In this document: one piece after another, positions 18,774 to 26,467 of the stretch
Layout of the letters: each line of letters opens with the position of its first letter
How positions within the stretch are numbered: position 1 is the stretch's first letter
Assembly (NCBI RefSeq): GCF_051658645.1
Contig: NZ_JBOFMZ010000035.1
Coordinates: 40,678-104,677, forward strand
Length of the DNA: 64,000 nt
Origin: Cetobacterium sp.
GTDB taxonomy: Bacteria; Fusobacteriota; Fusobacteriia; Fusobacteriales; Fusobacteriaceae
Reading direction: 5' to 3'
Made by a program: the position numbers and the translations under genes
Notes under the pieces: generated by a model
Told to the model about the DNA's origin: nothing
Database searches by the model: none
What the model saw: only the letters and a program-made list of their open reading frames with translations

Positions 18774-19661
18774 ATGGGTACTCTTAATTTATTAGTTAAT
18801 ATAAAAGAGTTTTTGTATCACTGCGAATTTGGAAGAGGAAAAAGTTTAAATACAATAAAATCATTAAGAATTGATTTATATAGATTTAATCAATATGTTA
18901 TGAAATCAAAAGACTTAGAAAAAATATCTGATATTGATGGTTTTAATTTTAGAGAGTTTTTGATAGAACTTCAAAGTGAAAATATAGGAAAGAGGTCTTT
19001 AAATAGAAAAATTTCTTCAATAAAATCTTTTTTCAAATATTTAAAAGATACTGACAAAATAAAAAGCAATCCAGCTCAACTTATAATAGCTCCAAGCTAT
19101 GATAGGGGGATTCCAGATGTACTTAGTTTAGATGAAATAAATATTTTTAGAAAAGCAATTGAATTAAAAAATTATCATAGCTTAAGAGATAGATTGATAA
19201 TTGAGTTACTTTATTCAAGTGGGATAACATCACAAGAACTTCTCGGATTAGGAGAGGAAGTTTTTAATTTAGATAACAGAGAAGTTGTTGTAAGTAGTTT
19301 TAAAAAATATAGAACAGTATTTTTCAGTGAAAGAACAAGAGAATTCTACAAAAGGTATATTACAGCTAAAAAAGAAAAACTAGGTGAAAAATACAAAAAA
19401 GAGATATTATTTGTAAATGGATCTGGTGGAAGATTAACAGATCGTTCACTTAGAAGACTTATTGACAGATATGCTATTAGAGGTGGAATAATAAAAGAGG
19501 TAAGCCCTCATAGTTTTAGACATACTTTTGCTGTTCATATGCTAGAAAATAAAATGGGACTATTGCAATTACAAAAACTATTAGGACATACAAACTTAGA
19601 ATCAACAAAAATATATATAGAAGCTTTAGAAAAGAAAAAGCGTAAAGATTTATTTGAATAA
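18774..19661 (+). CDS. XerC-like tyrosine recombinase fold protein with degenerate catalytic residues
   Basis: N-terminal core-binding domain, RDRLIIELLYSSG, PHSFRHTFA, LLGH, TKIY; occupies the xerC position after topA-trmFO. The first catalytic Arg reads Thr (see findings). Confidence 0.88.
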   Translation: MGTLNLLVNIKEFLYHCEFGRGKSLNTIKSLRIDLYRFNQYVMKSKDLEKISDIDGFNFREFLIELQSENIGKRSLNRKISSIKSFFKYLKDTDKIKSNPAQLIIAPSYDRGIPDVLSLDEINIFRKAIELKNYHSLRDRLIIELLYSSGITSQELLGLGEEVFNLDNREVVVSSFKKYRTVFFSERTREFYKRYITAKKEKLGEKYKKEILFVNGSGGRLTDRSLRRLIDRYAIRGGIIKEVSPHSFRHTFAVHMLENKMGLLQLQKLLGHTNLESTKIYIEALEKKKRKDLFE

Positions 19662-19703
19662 TAAAAGATGAAAAAAAATCATATTATAATTAAAGGAGAA
19701 TTT

Positions 19704-20816
19704 ATGACAAAAAAATGTATAGGATGCGGAATTGAACTTCAAGGGGAAAATTCAAGTTCTAATGGATTTTTACCAAAATCGGTTTTACAAGGTGGAAGCA
19801 AAGAATTACTTTGCCAAAGATGTTTTAAAATAAAAAACTATGGACAATATATACCTATAAAAATGACAAAAGAAGATTATAGAAACGAAGTAAGAAAAAA
19901 TTTATCAGAAGCAGATGTAGCTATTCCTGTTTTTGATATAATTGATTTCGAAGGTTCTTTTGATGATGAGATTCTAGATATTCTTAGAGAGATGGAATCA
20001 ATAATTGTAATAAATAAATTAGATTTAATTCCTGACAATAAGCACCCTTCTGAAGTTGCAGATTGGGTAAAAAGAAGATTAGCAGAAGAGGGAGTTGCAC
20101 CATTAGATATAGCTATTGTAAGTTCTAAAAATGGATATGGAATAAATGGTATTTTTAAAAAAATAAAACACTTCTATCCAAATGGAGCAACTGCTTTAGT
20201 TTTAGGAGTAACAAATGTTGGGAAATCGAGTATTATAAACAAGTTAATCGGAGCTAAAAGAGTAACTGTTTCAAAATTCCCAGGAACAACTTTGAAAAGT
20301 ATAAAAACAGAAATACCTTTCTCTAAGATTACTTTAATTGATACACCTGGATTAATCCCAGAAGGAAGATTCTCAGATTTTGTATGTCAAGAATGTAATC
20401 AAAACTTAATTCCAGCAAATGAAATATCTAGAAAAACATATAAAGTTGAAAAAAATAGAGTAATATTAATTGGTGGGATGATTCAAATGACTGTTTTAAA
20501 TAATGATGATTTAAAACCAATATTCTCATTATATGCATCTAAAGATGTTACTTTCCATGAAACTAACTTAGATAAAGCTGTTGAATTAATGAATGGAGTA
20601 GATTTTATAACTCCACCATGTGATTCTTGTAGAGATGAATTTAATAATCTTGAAAAAGATGTAGAACTTTACACAGTTGAAACTGGAGAAGAACTAGTAT
20701 TTAAAGGATTAGGATGGCTATCGGTAAAAAGAGGGCCTTTATACGTAGAGATTACTTCACCAAAAGGTGGAGATATAATAATAAGAGATGCATTTATAAA
20801 ACCAAAAAGATCATAG
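19704..20816 (+). CDS. yqeH: Ribosome biogenesis GTPase YqeH
   Basis: N-terminal CxxC...CxxC, circularly permuted G motifs NKLD, GVTNVGKS, PGTT, DTPG. Confidence 0.92.
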   Translation: MTKKCIGCGIELQGENSSSNGFLPKSVLQGGSKELLCQRCFKIKNYGQYIPIKMTKEDYRNEVRKNLSEADVAIPVFDIIDFEGSFDDEILDILREMESIIVINKLDLIPDNKHPSEVADWVKRRLAEEGVAPLDIAIVSSKNGYGINGIFKKIKHFYPNGATALVLGVTNVGKSSIINKLIGAKRVTVSKFPGTTLKSIKTEIPFSKITLIDTPGLIPEGRFSDFVCQECNQNLIPANEISRKTYKVEKNRVILIGGMIQMTVLNNDDLKPIFSLYASKDVTFHETNLDKAVELMNGVDFITPPCDSCRDEFNNLEKDVELYTVETGEELVFKGLGWLSVKRGPLYVEITSPKGGDIIIRDAFIKPKRS

Positions 20817-20837
20817 AATAATAAGAGGTTATGATTT

Positions 20838-21314
20838 ATGGAAAAAGATGGAAAAATAATAACTTTAAATTGGATTATAAATATAGCAGTTACAATTTTG
20901 TTTATCTATTTAGCTATGAGAGGTATCGATGATTTAACAGGAACATATAAAATAGATGAAACTATAAGAAATACAAAAGAACTTAGAGTAGCTTTAGAAA
21001 AATATTATCAATTAGCAGGAGATTACCCAGACTTAACTAAGTCTGGAGTAAATTTAAATTTGTATCTTTTAGATTATACTGATGCGAAAGGAAATAAAAT
21101 ATCTTTTGCAGAAATTTACGGGAAAAAAACTTTAGCAAAAACTTATGGAAGTAATTCTATTATTGCATCAAATAATGTTTATAATGTTTCTCATTTTGAG
21201 AATAGTAGTAAAGAAGGTGGATGGAACTATAATTATTCTGAGAGAACAGGAGAGATTCATCCAAATTTACCAGATGATATATATGTAGAAAAAATAAACT
21301 GGAATAGGCAGTAG
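20838..21314 (+). CDS. Pilin/pseudopilin-like (GspG-like) membrane protein
   Basis: Short N-terminal TM segment, then ELRVALEKYYQLAGDYP resembling the GspG helix; canonical G|FxxxE prepilin site not evident. Confidence 0.5.
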   Translation: MEKDGKIITLNWIINIAVTILFIYLAMRGIDDLTGTYKIDETIRNTKELRVALEKYYQLAGDYPDLTKSGVNLNLYLLDYTDAKGNKISFAEIYGKKTLAKTYGSNSIIASNNVYNVSHFENSSKEGGWNYNYSERTGEIHPNLPDDIYVEKINWNRQ

Positions 21315-21333
21315 CGACAATATGGAGGGGCAA

Positions 21334-22725
21334 ATGTACGATATTATATTTTTAGGTGGCGGACAAGCAGGAGTTTTTGGAGCTTATGAAGCAATAAAAA
21401 AGAATAAAGATTTAAAAGTATTGATTTTAGATAAGGGAAGAATGCTTACACAAAGAGTTTGTCCTAAAGAAAAATTGGGAACATGTGTAAAATGCCCAAC
21501 ATGTGCAATTATTTATGGTGTTTCAGGAGCAGGAGCATTTTCGGACTCTAAATTCAACATGGATTATAGAGTAGGTGGAGATGTACATATTTTAACAGGA
21601 AAAGCCATAGTAAATGAAACAATTCAATATGTAGCAAACATATATAAGAGTTTTGGATTCGATGAGAAACCATCAGGTTTAGAATATAACCAAGTTATGC
21701 TAGATATAAAGAAAAGATGTATCGAAAATAATGTTCAATTAGTTGACACTCCTACAATGCATTTAGGAACAGATGGATCAAGAGAACTATATACAAAGTT
21801 AGTAAATGAACTTCTAGAAAAAGGAGTAGAATTTATAACTGAAAGATCAGCAGAAGACTTAATAATTGAAAATAATTCAATTAAAGGAGTAATAGTAAAG
21901 AATAAAAAAGGTGAAATTGAAAAATATTTTGCAGATAATGTTGTAATTGGTCTTGGAAGAAGTGGTGCTCAAAAGTTAATGGGAATGTGTGAGAAATCAG
22001 GTGTATCTTACGAAACGGGTGCTGTAGATTTAGGTGTTAGAGTTGAAATACCTGATTTAGTAATGAAAGACATAAATGAAAATTTCTATGAAGCTAAAAT
22101 GATTTATCATACAACAAAATATAGAGATAAAATGAGAACTTTCTGTTCAAATCCAAGTGGGTTTATAGCTGCTGAAAAACATAGTGATGATGTAGTATTA
22201 GCAAATGGGCATGCTTATAAGGATAAAAAATCAGAAAATACAAACTTAGCCTTACTATGCACAAAGACATTTACACATCCATTCAAGCAACCGTTTGAAT
22301 ATGCGACAGCAATAGCTAAAATGTCATCAATGTTAACAGACGGAAAAATATTAATGCAATCTTATGGTGATTTAAAAGTAGGAAGAAGATCAACTGATGA
22401 ATCAATTGCAAGATTAAATATTATTCCAACAACAGAGGATTATGTAGCAGGAGATATTTCACTTGCTTGTCCTAAAAGAATACTAGATAATATAATAGAA
22501 TTTATTGAAGTACATGACAAAATAACTCCAGGGTTTGCGTCAAGTGATTTGATACTATATTTCCCAGAAATAAAGTTTAGAAGCACAAGAATAGAAATAG
22601 ATGCTAACATGGAAACAAACATCAAGGGATTATATGCTGCTGGGGATAGCTCAGGATATGGAAGTGGATTGAACATAGCTGCTGTAATGGGGATACTAGC
22701 TGTAAGACATATAATTTCTAAATAA
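21334..22725 (+). CDS. FAD/NAD(P)-dependent oxidoreductase of unknown substrate
   Basis: LGGGQAG Rossmann motif, Cys cluster CPKEKLGTCVKCPTC, GAGAFSD, GLYAAGD. Confidence 0.85.
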   Translation: MYDIIFLGGGQAGVFGAYEAIKKNKDLKVLILDKGRMLTQRVCPKEKLGTCVKCPTCAIIYGVSGAGAFSDSKFNMDYRVGGDVHILTGKAIVNETIQYVANIYKSFGFDEKPSGLEYNQVMLDIKKRCIENNVQLVDTPTMHLGTDGSRELYTKLVNELLEKGVEFITERSAEDLIIENNSIKGVIVKNKKGEIEKYFADNVVIGLGRSGAQKLMGMCEKSGVSYETGAVDLGVRVEIPDLVMKDINENFYEAKMIYHTTKYRDKMRTFCSNPSGFIAAEKHSDDVVLANGHAYKDKKSENTNLALLCTKTFTHPFKQPFEYATAIAKMSSMLTDGKILMQSYGDLKVGRRSTDESIARLNIIPTTEDYVAGDISLACPKRILDNIIEFIEVHDKITPGFASSDLILYFPEIKFRSTRIEIDANMETNIKGLYAAGDSSGYGSGLNIAAVMGILAVRHIISK

Positions 22726-22739
22726 TTTGGAGGAGTATT

Positions 22740-23885
22740 ATGGGATTTTTTGATAAACTTTTCGGTAGAAAAAAAGAACAAAAAGTAGAAGAACAAAAAA
22801 AGGAAGAACAAAAATTAGAACAAGATGAACTTAAAGAAGAAGTGGAGTCTATTGAACAAATAGTTTTAGAAGAAGTAGAAAATATTGAACAAAAATTAGA
22901 GCAAGATGAGTTTAAAGAAGATAAACAAGAGGAAAAAGAGATAATCTATACAGAAAAACCAAAAATGGAAAAAAGAAGGTTTTTTACATCTTTAAAAGAT
23001 AAACTTTTTAAATCGAGAGAGGGTCTTTTTGGAACTTTGAAAAACATTTTTACAGGAAAATCTATAGTGGATGGTGAAATGTATGAAGAACTTGAAGACA
23101 CTCTTGTACAATCAGATATTGGAATAGAAATGACTTTAAAAATTGTAAAGGATTTAAAAGTAGAAGTAAAAGCAAGAGGTGTAAAAAAACCTGAGGATGT
23201 TTATCCTGTATTAAAAGATGTATTAGAAGGATATTTAATAAATGAAAATACAAAACTAGATATTCAGCCTGGAAGAATGAATATAATTTTAGTTGTTGGA
23301 GTAAATGGTGTTGGAAAAACAACCACTATCGGAAAAATAGCTTCGGCATTAGTTAAGGATGGAAAAAAAGTTGTAATAGGAGCTGCAGATACATTTAGAG
23401 CTGCAGCAGTAGAGCAATTAGAAGAATGGGCTAAAAGAGCTGGCGCTGAAATAGTAAAACATCCTGATGGAGCTGATCCAGGTGCAGTTGTTTTTGACAC
23501 TTTAAAAGCAGGTGAAGATAAAAATGCAGATGTTGTAATAATTGATACTGCAGGTAGATTACACAATAAAAATAACTTAATGAAAGAATTAGAAAAAATA
23601 AATAATATAATTAAAAGAAAAATAGGTGATCAACCTTATGAATCTATTTTAGTTTTAGATGGAACAACTGGACAAAATGGATTGGTTCAAGCAAGAGTTT
23701 TTAATGAAGTAACAGAGTTAACTGGATTTGTTGTTACAAAATTAGATGGAACTGCAAAAGGTGGGATATTATTTAGTATTTCTGAAGAATTAAAAAAACC
23801 TATAAAATATATAGGTGTAGGAGAAGGAATAGAGGATTTAAGAGAATTTAATAGTAAAGAGTACATACAAGCAATTTTTGATTAA
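22740..23885 (+). CDS. ftsY: Signal recognition particle receptor FtsY
   Basis: Acidic N-terminal region, GVNGVGKTTT, DTFRAAA, DTAGRL, TKLDGTAKGG. Confidence 0.97.
   Translation: MGFFDKLFGRKKEQKVEEQKKEEQKLEQDELKEEVESIEQIVLEEVENIEQKLEQDEFKEDKQEEKEIIYTEKPKMEKRRFFTSLKDKLFKSREGLFGTLKNIFTGKSIVDGEMYEELEDTLVQSDIGIEMTLKIVKDLKVEVKARGVKKPEDVYPVLKDVLEGYLINENTKLDIQPGRMNIILVVGVNGVGKTTTIGKIASALVKDGKKVVIGAADTFRAAAVEQLEEWAKRAGAEIVKHPDGADPGAVVFDTLKAGEDKNADVVIIDTAGRLHNKNNLMKELEKINNIIKRKIGDQPYESILVLDGTTGQNGLVQARVFNEVTELTGFVVTKLDGTAKGGILFSISEELKKPIKYIGVGEGIEDLREFNSKEYIQAIFD
22806..22921 (+). repeat. Imperfect 35-bp direct repeat in the ftsY acidic domain
   Basis: 22806-22840 and 22887-22921 match at 32/35 nt (EQKLEQDELKE vs EQKLEQDEFKE), 81 nt apart. 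Confidence 0.8.
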
Positions 23886-23904
23886 AAAAAAAAAAGAATT
23901 TCTG

Positions 23905-23933
23905 TTGTAAATATATATAAAATTTGTTAATAT
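23905..23933 (+). promoter_or_regulatory. Probable sigma70-type promoter for pta-ackA
   Basis: TTGTAA (23905-23910) - 17 nt - TAATAT (23928-23933). Confidence 0.45.
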
Positions 23934-24010
23934 ATAGTTGAAAAATAGGTGCACTATTACAGTGTGGTTAAAATTATGATTAATTTAACAAGAATTAAGG
24001 AGGAGTTAAA

Positions 24011-25009
24011 ATGAGTATTATAGTTCAGATTAAAGAAAAAGCGAAAGCTTTAAAAAACAAAATAGTTCTTCCTGAAGCTACTGATGAGAGAGTAATCAGA
24101 GCAGCAGCAGGAATAGTTGAAGAAAAATTAGGAACCCCTGTACTAATAGGAAATGTTGAAGCAATAAAAGCATTTGCTAAAGAATTAGTAGTATCATTAG
24201 AAGGTGTTGAAATAATAGAGCCAAAAACTACAGAAAAGCTAGCTTCTTATGTAGAAAAACTTTGTGAATTAAGAGCAAAAAAGGGAATGACTCCAGAAGA
24301 AGCAGAGAGATTGTTAACAACTGATGTTAATTTCTTTGGTGCTATGATGGTAAAAATGGGAGATGTAGCTGGAATGGTTTCAGGATCAGACTCACCTACA
24401 GCAAATGTTTTAAGAGCTGGATTACAAGTTGTTGGAACTAAAGCAGGAGTAAAAACTGTATCATCAGTATTTATGATGGAGTTAAAGCATAATGTAGAAA
24501 CTTATGGAGAAATTTTATTATTTGGAGATTGTGCTGTAATACCAGAACCAACTTCAGAGCAACTAGCTGATATTGCATCAGAAGCAGCAGCAACAGCATC
24601 AGCAGTAGCTGGATTAGATCCAAAAGTAGCACTTATGACATTCTCTACAAAGGGATCTGCAAAACATGATTCAGTAGATGTTGTAAAAAGAGCTGGAGAA
24701 ATATTAAGAGAAAGAAATGTAGAGTTTGCATTTGAAGAAGAGTTACAAGCAGATGCAGCATTAGTTGCAGCTGTAGGATTAAAGAAAGCTCCAGAATCGA
24801 AGGTTGCAGGACATGCAAATATATTAATATTCCCTAATTTAGCAGCAGGAAATATAGGTTATAAATTAGTTCAAAGATTAGCAAATGCAGAAGCTTATGG
24901 TCCTTTAATTCAAGGATTAGCATCTCCAATAAATGATTTATCTAGAGGATGTTCAGTTAAAGATATTATAGATTTAACTGCAATAACTTCAGTTCAAGCT
25001 GGAAAATAA
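24011..25009 (+). CDS. pta: Phosphate acetyltransferase
   Basis: IVLPEATDER, FGDCAV, STKGSA, ELQADAA, GNIGYKLVQR, NDLSRG. Confidence 0.96.
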   Translation: MSIIVQIKEKAKALKNKIVLPEATDERVIRAAAGIVEEKLGTPVLIGNVEAIKAFAKELVVSLEGVEIIEPKTTEKLASYVEKLCELRAKKGMTPEEAERLLTTDVNFFGAMMVKMGDVAGMVSGSDSPTANVLRAGLQVVGTKAGVKTVSSVFMMELKHNVETYGEILLFGDCAVIPEPTSEQLADIASEAAATASAVAGLDPKVALMTFSTKGSAKHDSVDVVKRAGEILRERNVEFAFEEELQADAALVAAVGLKKAPESKVAGHANILIFPNLAAGNIGYKLVQRLANAEAYGPLIQGLASPINDLSRGCSVKDIIDLTAITSVQAGK

Positions 25010-25096
25010 TTGTTTCAAAATAAAATTAAGGTAAAAAATAGTAAGAGTTAATATCTTACTTGAAAATAAAAAAATAAAATTAAGGTGGTAAATTTT

Positions 25097-26302
25097 ATGA
25101 AAGTTTTAGTTATTAATTGTGGTAGTTCATCTCTAAAGTATCAATTGTTAAATGCAGAATCAGGAGAGCTTTTTGCAATTGGACTTTGTGAAAGAATTGG
25201 AATTGAAGGATCAAAAATGGAATATGAGACTCCAGCAAATGATTTTGAAATAGAAATAAAAGAAGCAATGCCAACTCATAAAGAAGCTTTAGAACTAGTA
25301 ATGAAAGCGATAACTCATCCAGAGTATGGAGTAATAAAGTCAGTAGAAGAGATAGATGCAATAGGTCATAGAGTAGTACATGGTGGAGAGAAATTTGCTC
25401 AATCTGTATTAGTAACTCCAGAAGTTATGGTAGCAATGGATGAATGTTCAGAGTTAGCTCCATTACATAATCCTGCAAATATATTAGGAATTAAAACTAT
25501 GCAAGGATTAATGCCTGGAAAACCAAATGTAGCGGTATTTGATACATCGTTCCATCAAACAATTCCAAAAGAAGCTTTTATGTATGCATTACCATATGAA
25601 GACTACACTGATTTAAAAGTTAGAAAATATGGATTCCATGGAACTTCTCATAAATTTGTTTCAGGAGTAGCTCAAGAGTTATTAGGAAATCCAGCAGAAT
25701 CAAAAATAATAATATGTCATTTAGGAAATGGTGGATCAGTATCTGCTGTTAAAAATGGTAAATGTATAGATACGTCTATGGGATTAACTCCATTACAAGG
25801 TATAATGATGGGTACTAGATGTGGAGATATTGATCCTGCAGCAGTTTTATTCATAAAAAACAAAAGAGGATTATCTGATAAAGAGATGGATGACAGAATG
25901 AACAAACAATCTGGAATCTTAGGAATTTTCGGAGTATCTTCAGACTGTAGAGATATGGAAATGGCAGCAGAAGCAGGAAATGAAAGAGCAATATTAGCTG
26001 AAAATATGTTTGCTTATAAAATAAGAGGATATGTAGGAAATTATGCTGCTCAAATGGGAGGAGTAGATGCAATTTGCTTTACTGGTGGAATCGGAGAAAA
26101 TTCTGGAAAAACTAGAGAAGACATTTTAAAAGGATTAGAATTTTTAGGAGTTGACTTAGATAAAGCAGTAAACTCTAAAAGACAAAAAGGAAATGTTCTT
26201 TTAACTACAGAATCATCAAAAGTAAAAGCATTTAAAATCCCTACAAACGAGGAATTAGTTATAGCTAGAGATACTTATGAGATAGTAAATACTGCAAAGT
26301 AG
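25097..26302 (+). CDS. ackA: Acetate kinase
   Basis: INCGSSSLK, GHRVVHGG, APLHNP, KYGFHGTSH, HLGNG, FTGGIGEN, PTNEE. Confidence 0.97.
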   Translation: MKVLVINCGSSSLKYQLLNAESGELFAIGLCERIGIEGSKMEYETPANDFEIEIKEAMPTHKEALELVMKAITHPEYGVIKSVEEIDAIGHRVVHGGEKFAQSVLVTPEVMVAMDECSELAPLHNPANILGIKTMQGLMPGKPNVAVFDTSFHQTIPKEAFMYALPYEDYTDLKVRKYGFHGTSHKFVSGVAQELLGNPAESKIIICHLGNGGSVSAVKNGKCIDTSMGLTPLQGIMMGTRCGDIDPAAVLFIKNKRGLSDKEMDDRMNKQSGILGIFGVSSDCRDMEMAAEAGNERAILAENMFAYKIRGYVGNYAAQMGGVDAICFTGGIGENSGKTREDILKGLEFLGVDLDKAVNSKRQKGNVLLTTESSKVKAFKIPTNEELVIARDTYEIVNTAK

Positions 26303-26394
26303 TTTATATATAAGATTATATCAAAGAGCAAGAAGTCAAAAAAATTATATTTTGTTAAATTAAATTAAAGTTTCTCAAAAAAATAGAACTTTGA

Positions 26395-26443
26395 TTGACA
26401 TTTGAGTCAAAAATGTGTAAAATAAATTTGACTCAAGAGTCGA
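26395..26443 (+). promoter_or_regulatory. PFOR promoter overlapped by two TTGAC-N6-GTC(A/G)A operator-like boxes
   Basis: TTGACA (26395-26400) - 17 nt - TAAAAT (26418-26423); boxes at 26395-26410 and 26428-26443. Confidence 0.7.
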
Positions 26444-26467
26444 TTAGAAAAAGGGAGGATAATTCAA

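Noticed and set aside
18774-19661. Possible prophage or genomic-island integrase
   Set aside because: It sits in the conserved dprA-topA-trmFO-xerC position, with no flanking att repeats, tRNA, cargo or composition shift.
23884-23895. A12 tract upstream of pta as a phase-variable element
   Set aside because: It lies upstream of the -35, not in the spacer or coding sequence; best explained as an UP-element-like tract.
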